A stretch of 63,785 nucleotides of DNA from Ignavibacteriota bacterium. GTDB lineage: Bacteria > Bacteroidota > Ignavibacteria > Kapaibacteriales > UBA961. A model generated the notes under the pieces. It worked only from the letters and a program-made list of their open reading frames with translations. It had not been told where the DNA came from and did no database searches. The DNA lies in contig JACPWH010000199.1 in assembly GCA_016197185.1 (NCBI GenBank), forward strand, positions 1-63,785, in the 5' to 3' direction. Both the position numbers and the translations under genes were made by a program. Shown piece by piece: positions 28,720-38,914 of this stretch (position 1 is its first letter; each line of letters begins with the position of its first letter).

Positions 28720-31700
28720 CTACACCCCCTCAATATACTCTAACAACTCCCTATACAACACCGATTCCTGTAATATCTCCACACACCCAATAAGAATAAA
28801 TTGCTGACGCGCACGGGTAAGAGCTACATTCAATTTACGGTCAATCAAAGTGTCCCCAATCTCTACAAGGGATTGCGCCGCTCGGAGTTGCGCGGCATGA
28901 CTTACCGCACAGGAAAGGATAATAATATCCCGCTCACTCCCCTGATAACGCTCAACTGTATCGATAGAAACCAATTGTCTGAGTCCAACCGGTAATAGTG
29001 AATATATTTCTGCAATCTGCGCTCTAAATGGAGTAATAACTCCAAGTGTTGTTTGTGTGAATCCATCACCATACCACTCTGCAATGTAGGTAATAATTGC
29101 AGCGGCAATTTCAGCTTCACCACGATGTACTTTCGGACGATGTTCACGCTTCGAGGGAATATACATCATCCGCTTTGTTCGTATCTTTTCGATAATGTCA
29201 GGTGATAATGAATGCTCCCCTTCAACCAAAGGAACATCAAGTAAAGTACCTAATGAATCCTTCGATATATATTCTAAACGTTGCCAGTCATTCATAGGTT
29301 CCAATCTTCTGTCATAGAATAATTTACTTGGGAAACTCTGAATATCATTGTGCATCCGTGCCTGACGGGTAAGCATTCCAAATCCATCTGTCCAACCGTT
29401 GGCAGTGCAACATCTGAGCAAACGCTCAAAGAGTGATATTCGCAAATCTGTAAGGTGTATTTCAGAGAAGTTGTCGTTTTTCACAACTGCCCCGCGTTCA
29501 TTTTGCACAACCACCGCCGGGAGTTGTTTCTCATCACCTATGAGAATGAATCGATTGACGGTAGCAAGGATACCGATTATTTGCGGCTCTAATAACTGAG
29601 AGGCTTCATCGATAATTGCAGTTGAGAATCGTTTTAACTTCAGTATTTCGGGATTGGAATTTACTGAAGAAACCGTAGAAACGATAATACGTGTATTATC
29701 AAGCAGCACTTTTAATTCCTCAATAGGAATTTCATGAGCTATTACCGAGAGTAGCTTATCAGGATGTTCGGTTGCTTCCTTCCCACCAAGACGTAGAAAT
29801 GGTAAGTCTATACTGATGCGTTTAAGTGCAGAGCAAATTTCATCCACAGCACGATTAGTAAATGCAAGTACAAGTAATGTTTCATCAGTCTTCGTAAAGA
29901 GATACTCCACAAGATTGCGAAGCATTACCGAAGTTTTACCGGTACCGGGAGGTCCTTGCAAAAGAAAATAATCTTTCGAGGCAATTGCACGAGCCAGCAA
30001 GTTTTTTTGCTCCGGGTGGAGATTGGGAATATCGAGTTCAGGCGAAACATCAAATTCTGGTGCTCGTAATCCGAGTATTACCGACCGTTTATGATATGGT
30101 GATTTGAGTGCTGACACAAGTGAACGGTACAAAGTAATAAATCCGCTTTCGATTTGATCTCCTTCGATAGCCCATTTCTTGTCATCACTGAAAAACTCAC
30201 GATGTATTTGCTTGTTTCGTAAACTGATGGTAATTCTTTCGGGTGATAATTCACGTATTGATGCTTTTATCATTTGCTCTTCTACCGGGCTTCCCTCACC
30301 TATGGGATATAGTACTGTTATATCACCTATCCGAAATGACGAAACCTGCGCTGTTTCTTCTGTTCTCCTAAAAGTAAGGTGAAATTTTGAAAAATCAGAC
30401 TCTCCAGGTAAAAGTTCCAAATGTGCCAATACTGAAAACGACTGCTCCTTTTCCTCTAAAGAATCTCGCCACAAAGAGGCAAAGCCATTGGAACTATGAT
30501 TTGCAGTGCCTGTTCTCCCTGCATACTGTTCTCGCATCAGGAACGAAAGGAACGCTTGGAAATATGTTCGCTCAAGTGGTTTCATTCCAGAATAAAACTT
30601 TGCGAAATCCAGCACTTCATTTTGTTTGAAATCAGGTCTAATTCCAAATTTTTCTAATGAAATATTCTTTAAGAACGAAAACTTCCGCTCGATGATTTCA
30701 TGCTCGATTGCTATAATCCTATTCCGCAAGATAAGTGCATCCTGTTTGTTTTGTGATATGTTCGGCGCATTCCTTAGTGGGAATTCAGTTGCCCTTGAAT
30801 ACAAAACCTGACTGTCCCCTGTACGTCCTTGATATGCCGAATCAAGCAATAAATTATAACAGGTCGTTTGTATCAAATGGTTAATCCACATTCCTGTTTG
30901 CACACTTGGGCGACCCTGCATAGCAAAGGTAAGTGTAGCTGCAGGAGGTTTGCCTGATTTTAATTCAATAACCGTTTTGCGTTTCGGGTCATCGTATTCA
31001 AGCAGCAAATCGAGCCTTCCTTGAAGTCCGTATATTGGTGAAATGAAGGTGGGTTCGATACTGAAATTATCATAATGCAGCGTTGGCAACAGCGCACTGA
31101 GAATATCGAATTGTTCGCGAACCGACTCGAGTAAATCAGATAAGGCATTTGGATTGTCACCTAAAGCATACAGTGTTTGAATCGGTTTTATTGCAAGTGC
31201 ACTACGAAAGATTTTCTCAAATTCAGCTTCAGGATTATGAAGCAGTTCATCGAAACAAGTATTGACCAAAGTACCCGAAAAAGCTGCGAGCGAGGTATCT
31301 CCCGCAGAGAATTTTTTAAGAAAATACAAAAGTGGATTTGCACCGTTCTGCTGAAAGCATTCGGCTACATCAGTTACATCAATCAAAATATCCGGTTCAA
31401 TGACAATGAGAGTTCCGTTAGTGGAATAAAAACCTGAAGGAGTATTCTTAGCTTTAATGATCTCTGTAATATGGAGTGTTGCTCCTGCCCAAACAAGATT
31501 GGCTATTTCTGTATGGCGGTCATAGAGAGCGATTTTTACTGCTCCAAGGTCTTCCGTTTCGCCGTGAAGAATAATACGTTTGCGTCCGTTATATTCTTCG
31601 ATATCACCACAAGATTTTACAATTAAACGGATTAGAGCTAATGTTTCAGCAGTATGAAATACACTATGCTGAAGCACATGTGACTTTGCTAAATACTCCG

Positions 31701-32064
31701 ATAGTTCTATGGGGATAGTTACTTTCGAGAAAAAAAAAATCAATTCTGCAATTGATTTTGCAACTGCAAGAACATCCCCGCGAGTACACTCCAAAGTTCT
31801 TTCTTTAGCAAGACGAGCGGAGAAACGGCGAAAGGCGTTTATTTCGGAAATAAGATGAGCAGGCACTGAGTATTTATCACATAGATAACTCCACTGAGCA
31901 AATGTTGTCGAGAAAAACTGCAGTTCATTAGCAGTCAGCAGTGCAAACAGCTCCCTTAGTATGGGACGTATTGCAAATAAATCCTTACGCGAGTTATCTG
32001 CAACACCCGAAAGTAGAGAAAGTAATGAATCGTACAACGGTAAGGCTGATGTTTCTTCGAGCAT
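28720..32064 (-). CDS. Dna2-like fusion: PD-(D/E)XK (RecB/Cas4-type) nuclease plus Upf1-like SF1 helicase
   Basis: Nuclease motifs: GRLDLLLEY...VIELKSGK...QTTCYNLL (D, ExK, QxxxY). Helicase motifs: LLQGPPGTGKTS (Walker A), IIDEASQLLEP (II), LIGDEKQLPAVV (III), TVERYQGSERDIIILS (V), LNVALTRARQQFILIG (VI). The N-terminal ~330 aa are unassigned. Confidence 0.8.
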   Translation of the reverse strand: MLEETSALPLYDSLLSLLSGVADNSRKDLFAIRPILRELFALLTANELQFFSTTFAQWSYLCDKYSVPAHLISEINAFRRFSARLAKERTLECTRGDVLAVAKSIAELIFFFSKVTIPIELSEYLAKSHVLQHSVFHTAETLALIRLIVKSCGDIEEYNGRKRIILHGETEDLGAVKIALYDRHTEIANLVWAGATLHITEIIKAKNTPSGFYSTNGTLIVIEPDILIDVTDVAECFQQNGANPLLYFLKKFSAGDTSLAAFSGTLVNTCFDELLHNPEAEFEKIFRSALAIKPIQTLYALGDNPNALSDLLESVREQFDILSALLPTLHYDNFSIEPTFISPIYGLQGRLDLLLEYDDPKRKTVIELKSGKPPAATLTFAMQGRPSVQTGMWINHLIQTTCYNLLLDSAYQGRTGDSQVLYSRATEFPLRNAPNISQNKQDALILRNRIIAIEHEIIERKFSFLKNISLEKFGIRPDFKQNEVLDFAKFYSGMKPLERTYFQAFLSFLMREQYAGRTGTANHSSNGFASLWRDSLEEKEQSFSVLAHLELLPGESDFSKFHLTFRRTEETAQVSSFRIGDITVLYPIGEGSPVEEQMIKASIRELSPERITISLRNKQIHREFFSDDKKWAIEGDQIESGFITLYRSLVSALKSPYHKRSVILGLRAPEFDVSPELDIPNLHPEQKNLLARAIASKDYFLLQGPPGTGKTSVMLRNLVEYLFTKTDETLLVLAFTNRAVDEICSALKRISIDLPFLRLGGKEATEHPDKLLSVIAHEIPIEELKVLLDNTRIIVSTVSSVNSNPEILKLKRFSTAIIDEASQLLEPQIIGILATVNRFILIGDEKQLPAVVVQNERGAVVKNDNFSEIHLTDLRISLFERLLRCCTANGWTDGFGMLTRQARMHNDIQSFPSKLFYDRRLEPMNDWQRLEYISKDSLGTLLDVPLVEGEHSLSPDIIEKIRTKRMMYIPSKREHRPKVHRGEAEIAAAIITYIAEWYGDGFTQTTLGVITPFRAQIAEIYSLLPVGLRQLVSIDTVERYQGSERDIIILSCAVSHAAQLRAAQSLVEIGDTLIDRKLNVALTRARQQFILIGCVEILQESVLYRELLEYIEGV

Positions 32065-32388
32065 GGAATTAAAATTTCTTTTAATACAAAAAATGGCAGC
32101 ATCAAGTATTCAAGCAATATAACGAAACATAGTCAATAGTGCAATTAAGATTAATTCCCACAAATAAAAAGCTCCGGCAGATTTTCCCCAAAAAATAAAT
32201 TTGAGTTAAATTGAGAAACTCTATTCAATGTACTTCATAGTTCAACGTCGTACTTTTTAAGCAGCAAACAACTGTTACTACCACACAGTCCATCTTACTT
32301 CTATGATTTTCATACTCTTTGTTGCTTATGAAAGTCTAATTTGGTAAGTTGCGTTTCAATTGCCACCATTTCTCTCTATTATAGATTT

Positions 32389-34113
32389 ATGAACTCGTTT
32401 TGGGATGTACCGATTATCGTTGTGGACGTGGAAACGACAGGACATGATGCTGTCAATAACCGCATAACGGAGATAGCGTGTGTGGTTGTTCGCGGAGGGG
32501 AAATTATAGAAGAATACTCATCGCTTGTCAATCCTCATCAATTTATACCTGCATTTATTTCGGACATGACCGGCATCTCCAATGCTATGGTGTTTAATGC
32601 ACCCGAAGCTGATGAAGTATTTTCTATAGTTTATGAATTTTTCAAAATGCCTGATGCAATTTTTGCTGCTCATAACGTTCAATTTGATTGGAAGTTTGTG
32701 CAGGAAACCATGAAACGAAGTGGAATACCCGAGATTGAAATGTCTCAATTATGCACCTACAAACTAGCCAAGCGGCTGTTACCAAAAGAATCGAAGAAAA
32801 ATGTAGGCGCACTTGCCCACTATTATGATATTGAAATAAGTAACCGCCATCGTGCACTTGGAGATGCTGAAGCTACAGCCAAATTCTTGATATGTTTACT
32901 CGAAGAAGCAGAAAAAGAATACGAACTCGAAACTCTCGAAGAACTCCTTCAATTCCAAAACAAACGACTTCCTCCAACTAAAGTTACAGCAACAATTCAA
33001 AACCGTGTGGAGGAGTATTTACTCCGACTTCCTAACACACCGGGAGTGTATAAAATGTATGGTGCAAAAGGAGATTTGCTCTATATCGGCAAGGCAAAAT
33101 CTCTAAAAGAAAGAGTAAGAAGCTACTTTCAATCATCAGCCCAATTACCACCCAAAATTGCAAAAATGATACGTTATGTGTATAAAATCGAATGGGAAGA
33201 ATCAGGAAGCGAACTTTCGGCATTAATGCATGAATCAAAAGAAATCAAAATTCATAAACCGCCATTCAATACAGCAAGTAAAAAATTGCGCCGTTATCCT
33301 TTTCTTCGTCTTACAGTTCAGGATGAATTTCCGCGCTTAGAATGGTGTGATACAATTCAAATGGACGGTGCAGAGTATTACGGTCCATTCCGGTCAAATG
33401 GTATGTCACGTGAAATAGCCGAAACCATACAACGAAATTTTACTTTGCGTTTATGTGGTGATATATTATCACCTAATGCAAACGCTACTCCATGCTTCTA
33501 TCACCAAATAAAACGGTGCGGAGCTCCATGTGCTGGCTTTGAATCTAAAGAGGAGTATTGGAGTGAGGTGGAAAGAGTACGAAAATTTTTGAGCGGTTTC
33601 TCAGATGGAATTGTTGTTCATTTAGAGGAAGAAATGACCGAGGCTGCAGAAAGATTGGATTTTGAGCACGCAATTTTTCTCAGAAATCGTATTACTGAGC
33701 TAAAGCGTTTATTCGATAGACAACAGCAAGTTTCTACATCCGTAACAGCTAATAACGTAATTCTTGTATTGCCAATGCAAGAGCGGGATAAAACACTCGA
33801 AGTGTTTTTTATTCGGCGCGGGAAATTACATTATCAAGCAGAAATTGGACGCAAAGCTCCGCTTACGAATTTGGAACAAATGATTGGGAATACATATTTT
33901 GCCGAAAATGACATAGATACAATAGAACTTTCCCCCGAAGAAGTGGATGAGATTCAGATAGTTACGTCGTGGATGTATCGCAACCGCGAACGGGCTACAT
34001 GTATCTATGTAGAGCAAAAAAGTTCAGATATGCTGATTGATGAGTTGAGAGAAGCAGTCAGACGTGCGTCAACTCCTAAAGAAGAAATTGTAGTTCTTAT
34101 TGACAGTATATAA
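32389..34113 (+). CDS. DnaQ-like 3'-5' exonuclease fused to a GIY-YIG/UvrC-like (Cho-type) nuclease
   Basis: Exo motifs: VVDVETTG, AHNVQFDWKF, HRALGDAEA. GIY-YIG motifs: GVYKMYGAKGDLLYIGKAKSLKERVRSY. UvrBC-like helix: FEHAIFLRNRITELKRL. The ATG at 32389 is preferred over the TTG at 32341. Confidence 0.8.
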   Translation: MNSFWDVPIIVVDVETTGHDAVNNRITEIACVVVRGGEIIEEYSSLVNPHQFIPAFISDMTGISNAMVFNAPEADEVFSIVYEFFKMPDAIFAAHNVQFDWKFVQETMKRSGIPEIEMSQLCTYKLAKRLLPKESKKNVGALAHYYDIEISNRHRALGDAEATAKFLICLLEEAEKEYELETLEELLQFQNKRLPPTKVTATIQNRVEEYLLRLPNTPGVYKMYGAKGDLLYIGKAKSLKERVRSYFQSSAQLPPKIAKMIRYVYKIEWEESGSELSALMHESKEIKIHKPPFNTASKKLRRYPFLRLTVQDEFPRLEWCDTIQMDGAEYYGPFRSNGMSREIAETIQRNFTLRLCGDILSPNANATPCFYHQIKRCGAPCAGFESKEEYWSEVERVRKFLSGFSDGIVVHLEEEMTEAAERLDFEHAIFLRNRITELKRLFDRQQQVSTSVTANNVILVLPMQERDKTLEVFFIRRGKLHYQAEIGRKAPLTNLEQMIGNTYFAENDIDTIELSPEEVDEIQIVTSWMYRNRERATCIYVEQKSSDMLIDELREAVRRASTPKEEIVVLIDSI

Positions 34114-34128
34114 ACCGGTATGAGATTA

Positions 34129-34572
34129 CTAATGAATAGTTATTGATTTCGAAATAATAACACCATCCGGTTGTAGAAAATTTACCGTGTATATTCCCGT
34201 ATCTATTGCAATAAAATCATATATATGATTTAGGACAAGTAATTCTTGAGTACATATACAACCTTCATATTTTGATATGACTTTTAATGATTTAACTTTT
34301 CCATTATTTGTTTCTTCAATTGAGCCGAACTTTCCGCATCCATTAATACATTGAAATGAAATATTTATTGGAATACTCTTATTTACTTGTCCAAATTCGG
34401 GAAACGAAACATTTTCTACTTTTGCATGAAGGTAACTGATACAATTTTCGTCACTTCCGTTAGAAGTACAGTTCGTTGTCAAAATCAATCCTAAAAAAGA
34501 AATAGCAATAAATAGTTTTTTCTTCCAGTCAAATATATTTTTTTTGCAGGTGCTATTCATAGTTATATCCAT
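34129..34572 (-). CDS. Hypothetical Cys-rich lipoprotein
   Basis: KKLFIAISFLGLILTTNC is a lipobox-like signal. 147 aa. An alternative ATG lies at 34560. It sits directly downstream of the outer-membrane barrel gene. Confidence 0.5.
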   Translation of the reverse strand: MDITMNSTCKKNIFDWKKKLFIAISFLGLILTTNCTSNGSDENCISYLHAKVENVSFPEFGQVNKSIPINISFQCINGCGKFGSIEETNNGKVKSLKVISKYEGCICTQELLVLNHIYDFIAIDTGIYTVNFLQPDGVIISKSITIH

Positions 34573-34655
34573 GATTATTAAATTTATATAAAATCAAAAT
34601 CTTACTATTTCTTGACATTTTTTCATTTTTTTTAACTTTATATAGAAATGTCAGC

Positions 34656-37643
34656 TTAAAATGCCCTTAAATTATACGTAAAGCTGAGCATAATATATCG
34701 TTGTAAAACATTGGTTTGTACATCCTCTATATAGCCGCTTCCAGCATTCCGGGTAATAGAATTGTTTTGGTTCAGAAGGTCGAATACCGAGAGTTTCAGT
34801 TCACCCCTGCCATCGAAAAGACGTTTACCTACACCAAGATTAAGAAGCGGAATCCCTTTGTTATATTCACTGCTCGAAAGCCCTGTGGTAAGCGAATAAC
34901 TGAAATCTCCCGATAATGCCCATCCATCCATCAAAGCAGATGTATCGTGAGAAATCAATGACGTTCGTGCAGTAATTGTATGTATGTAATAATTACTGTT
35001 CAAGTCCTGACGAACCGAGTTACTGACAGTATTATATGCTGTACGCGCCGAAAGTGAAAAATCTGTATATTCACTTATATTACTGCTCACTCCAATTGCC
35101 GGAGAAATGATTACTGTATTGGCAATGTTCTCAGCATCATTGATCAGTCCCAAATCATGAGTATAATTTACCCCTACATTGGTATTGAGGTTCAACTTGA
35201 GACCCGGAAGCGGCTCTGCAGGTGTACTATACATTATAAATGTATTTGCATTCCAATACCCATTCACATTAACAGGACGTGAGAACTGAGCACCTGTCCC
35301 TAATGGAACGGGTGAGCCTGTAAACGGATTTTGAAAAATTGTATCATGACTTGCAATAAACGAAGAAGTAATTATTTTGCTTTGGGTAAAATTCATATTA
35401 ACCATTGTAAAGAAAGCACTTGCACTCTGAAGATTAAAAGTTCCATAGTTTGCATAAACTGAATGTGTATATTCTTGGTCAAGAGTAGGATTGCCTATTG
35501 AAATTCTGAGTGGGTCAGTATTATCCACAACGTTTTGAAGCTGATTAATCGACGGTTGGTTGGTTGAGGTACGGTAGTTAAACCTGAAATTGCTAACTGC
35601 AGAAGGACGTACTGTGATAAACACTGAAGGCAATATGTTGGTGAATGAACGTTCATTACCAAATTCGGTGGGATATGTTTGGTTCACTTTAAGGTTTGCT
35701 ATTTGATAATCAGCTCCAATATTAAATGTCCATGTCCCGACTGCCCCGCCCATCATATTTCTCATTCTATCATTTCCACCGCGTCCTCCTCCGGTTCCAA
35801 ACATTGTAGTCATACTTGCACCGCCGGATTGCAGTTTAGCATTTGTATCTACCTCCGGTACAATTGAAAAGCGATAGCTGATCCCGGGACGATGCGTGGT
35901 ATAGTCACTTGATGAGATATTCGAAAGATTTTTATTAAGGAATGTAAGAGTTTGTGTATTTGTATCTTCAGTATATGTTTTACGGTCAGCGGTACTGTGG
36001 GTTACATTACCATTATAGCTCAATTGCAGTTGATGATTTTTTGCAATTGACTCTGTAAAATTCAGATTCCAGCCATACGTTTCCTCTTTGCTGTCGGAAG
36101 GAATTATTTGCTGTAGAGAGTCGTTGAAAATTGTATTTTCAAAGAAATATGTATTATTAGAACTATTATTTTGATCACTGTTATTATCACGAGTATTTAG
36201 CTTAGCACCCACCGAAAGTGTTCGTCCTTCTGTGGGGAAGCGTAAACGGTACAGTACATCACTACCGATATTAAATCCGTTTGAATTATTTATATTATTC
36301 GTTAATGATGTGTTAACGGGGGTTGAATTTGCGGATGTATTTGTTACACCCGATGTAGAACGATCATTTGTCTGCAATGTCATTCTGGGCGTAATCAAAA
36401 TGGAATTCATGGAATCAAGTGTTATATCCGCACGCATATTAATTCTATGATTGAGATTTTTTGAATTGCCGGAAGTTGATTGAATACTTGACTGAGTGAG
36501 TGTATCTGTAATATAACTTTCTCGGTTAATTTTCTGAAGTGCATCATTGTTTGAATAGTTCACAAAATAGCTACCCGAAATATCCACACCTTTTCCCCAC
36601 TGATCGCTATAATTCAGTCCCAAACCATGTGAAGCAGTTATTCCGTCGCTCTGATTGACTAAAAAATCACTAACACCTCCTCCATACATTCTACCACCGC
36701 GACCTCCCAAATTACCACCAAATGTCTTTATATTTGTACTCATCATCTTCCCCATCATGCCACCACCACCACTTGTTGCACCAAGAATATCATCAATCGA
36801 GAAATTCTGTTGGTTGATATTATTTGATAGTCCAAGTACTGAAATACGTCTGTCCCCGCCAAATATATTAAGATTTCCACCGGCTGTATAACGATCTTGA
36901 TCCCCATACCCGCTATAGATTTTTCCGAACTGTCCGTTGCGGCGATCTTGTTTGGTGATAATGTTAAGGGTTTTATTACGTTCGCCGTCGTCGAACCGTG
37001 TAAATTGTGATTGGTCGCTCATTTGGTCATACACTTGAACACGGTCAATAACCTCCGATGGAAGATTTTTCATAGCTGCTGTAGGGTCATTGCCAAAAAA
37101 TGGCTTACCGTCAACCAAAATCTTCTTTACTTGTTCTCCCTGAGCTTTCACCTGTCCGTTTTCTACTTCGAGACCGGGGAGTTTTCGTATTAGGTCTTCG
37201 GCTGCTGCATTTTTATCTGTTTTGAACTGGCTTGCATTGTAATCAATAGTGTCACCTTTCATCTCAACACGTAATGCTTTGGCTGTAACCTCAACCTCAT
37301 CAATGGTCACACTTGAACTTTTCAAGCGCAACGTTCCAAGGCGAACCGTGTCATTATTCTTAGTTTGAATACGCTTATTAAATGGAATGTACCCAATGGA
37401 GCGTGCTTGAAAATTCCATTCACCTGCAGGAACATCAATAATAGTAAAATGTCCTTTGGAATCACAGCGTGCTCCAGTGATAGTTTTACCTGAAAGATCA
37501 TTAACAACAACGGTAGCACCTATAAGAGGGGAATTAGTACTGTCGGTAACAATACCTGTGATTACAGTCGTACCACGCTGCTGTGCAAATACAGAAGTAA
37601 TACTAAACAAGAAGAAACATAAGAAGTGAGAGAGAAATTTCAT
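34656..37643 (-). CDS. Outer-membrane beta-barrel protein with an N-terminal carboxypeptidase-regulatory-like domain (TonB-dependent-receptor-like)
   Basis: Signal peptide MKFLSHFLCFFLFSITSVFAQ. CarbopepD_reg-like segment GIVTDSTNSPLIGATVVV...GHFTIIDVPAGEW. Plug-like segment DLIRKLPGLEV. Long beta-rich C-terminus ending in F. Gly/Met-rich loops are present. Confidence 0.75.
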   Translation of the reverse strand: MKFLSHFLCFFLFSITSVFAQQRGTTVITGIVTDSTNSPLIGATVVVNDLSGKTITGARCDSKGHFTIIDVPAGEWNFQARSIGYIPFNKRIQTKNNDTVRLGTLRLKSSSVTIDEVEVTAKALRVEMKGDTIDYNASQFKTDKNAAAEDLIRKLPGLEVENGQVKAQGEQVKKILVDGKPFFGNDPTAAMKNLPSEVIDRVQVYDQMSDQSQFTRFDDGERNKTLNIITKQDRRNGQFGKIYSGYGDQDRYTAGGNLNIFGGDRRISVLGLSNNINQQNFSIDDILGATSGGGGMMGKMMSTNIKTFGGNLGGRGGRMYGGGVSDFLVNQSDGITASHGLGLNYSDQWGKGVDISGSYFVNYSNNDALQKINRESYITDTLTQSSIQSTSGNSKNLNHRINMRADITLDSMNSILITPRMTLQTNDRSTSGVTNTSANSTPVNTSLTNNINNSNGFNIGSDVLYRLRFPTEGRTLSVGAKLNTRDNNSDQNNSSNNTYFFENTIFNDSLQQIIPSDSKEETYGWNLNFTESIAKNHQLQLSYNGNVTHSTADRKTYTEDTNTQTLTFLNKNLSNISSSDYTTHRPGISYRFSIVPEVDTNAKLQSGGASMTTMFGTGGGRGGNDRMRNMMGGAVGTWTFNIGADYQIANLKVNQTYPTEFGNERSFTNILPSVFITVRPSAVSNFRFNYRTSTNQPSINQLQNVVDNTDPLRISIGNPTLDQEYTHSVYANYGTFNLQSASAFFTMVNMNFTQSKIITSSFIASHDTIFQNPFTGSPVPLGTGAQFSRPVNVNGYWNANTFIMYSTPAEPLPGLKLNLNTNVGVNYTHDLGLINDAENIANTVIISPAIGVSSNISEYTDFSLSARTAYNTVSNSVRQDLNSNYYIHTITARTSLISHDTSALMDGWALSGDFSYSLTTGLSSSEYNKGIPLLNLGVGKRLFDGRGELKLSVFDLLNQNNSITRNAGSGYIEDVQTNVLQRYIMLSFTYNLRAF

Positions 37644-37814
37644 ACGTAGAACTAAATAATGAAGTGATAAAATCTGCATTCGTGCTTATAAATGTTTACA
37701 CACGAGAACGAGAAGGCCATTTATGACCGTGAAAAATGGATAGTGAAAAAAATTTCAAAAACTTAATATACTGTGGAGTGATTGTGGTTGTGATTTGACG
37801 TCAACTTTCAAAAA

Positions 37815-38906
37815 TTGATTCCCCCGCTTGCCCCCGGTAATATTGTTGAAGTATTTTCATCAACAGGAAAATCTTATGGAAGCGGATTATACAATCCTAA
37901 TTCACTGATTGCTGTACGACTGCTTGGTGAAAAAATCACTGAACTTTCTTCTACCTTTTTCATAGAACGAATCGGCAGGGCTGAGCAATTGCGCAGTCAA
38001 ATTATGGTTGGTGAGCTCTCCTATCGCTTGGTATTCGGTGAGTCCGATTTCCTGCCCGGATTAATAATTGACCGTTTTGATGATTATTTTGCCCTCCAAA
38101 TTCTTTCAGCAGGGATGGACACCCGTATGCAAAATATTATAGAAGCATTGCTCCATTTATTTCCGAACACAAAAGGAATTATTGAAAAGAACACGTCGCA
38201 TTTACGACAATTAGAAGGTTTGGAGTTACGGGAAGGATTGGTGTATGGTTCAATCCCTGACGAGATTGAGATAATTGAAAATGGTATCCGACTATCCCTT
38301 TCATTGCTTGGCGGGCAAAAAACCGGATATTTTCTAGATCAGAAGCATAACAGAGTTAGAGTACGAGAAATTTCCGGTAATCTTCGTGTATTGGACTGTT
38401 TTTGCAATCAAGGAGGCTTCGCTTTAAATGCGGGCTTTGGTGGGGCAGAAGAAGTTTTGGGGATTGACAGTTCAGAAGGTGCAATTGCAGCAGCCGGAAA
38501 TAATGCGACACTGAATAATCTCACAAATATTAAATTTCAAAAAGCAGATGTATTTGATTTTTTGGCAGCAGAGGTACGTAATAAATCTTCGTGGGATTGC
38601 ATTATATTAGACCCTCCGTCTTTTACAAAAAGCAAAAAAAATGTCGGTGCTGCCAAAAAAGGATATGCAGAGATAAATCGCCAAGCGTTGCAACTTTTGA
38701 GAAGGGGCGGAATTTTAGTTTCTGCAAGTTGTTCGCAACATATTTATGAAGAAACATTACTTCAAATCATTCATACCGAAGCAGTAAAGCTAAATATCCC
38801 TATTCGTCTTATCTATCGCGGCGGGCAATCTCCTGACCATCCTATTTTAGTAGGAATGCCCGAAACACAGTATTTGAAGTTTTTTATGTTTGCTGTGGGG
38901 AAATAG
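37815..38906 (+). CDS. rlmI: SAM-dependent 23S rRNA m5C methyltransferase, RlmI-like
   Basis: PUA-like N-terminus, VLDCFCNQGGFAL (SAM motif I), ILDPPSF (motif IV), SASCSQH (catalytic Cys region). TTG start. An in-frame stop at 37791 limits the N-terminus, which is about 30 aa shorter than E. coli RlmI. Confidence 0.7.
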   Translation: MIPPLAPGNIVEVFSSTGKSYGSGLYNPNSLIAVRLLGEKITELSSTFFIERIGRAEQLRSQIMVGELSYRLVFGESDFLPGLIIDRFDDYFALQILSAGMDTRMQNIIEALLHLFPNTKGIIEKNTSHLRQLEGLELREGLVYGSIPDEIEIIENGIRLSLSLLGGQKTGYFLDQKHNRVRVREISGNLRVLDCFCNQGGFALNAGFGGAEEVLGIDSSEGAIAAAGNNATLNNLTNIKFQKADVFDFLAAEVRNKSSWDCIILDPPSFTKSKKNVGAAKKGYAEINRQALQLLRRGGILVSASCSQHIYEETLLQIIHTEAVKLNIPIRLIYRGGQSPDHPILVGMPETQYLKFFMFAVGK

Positions 38907-38914
38907 AGTAGATG

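Noticed and set aside
37791-37815. Possible 5' truncation or frameshift of rlmI
   Set aside because: The ORF is about 30 codons shorter than E. coli RlmI, and an in-frame stop at 37791 blocks extension. However, I could not find the missing N-terminal PUA strand in another frame upstream. It may simply be a shorter natural variant with a TTG start.
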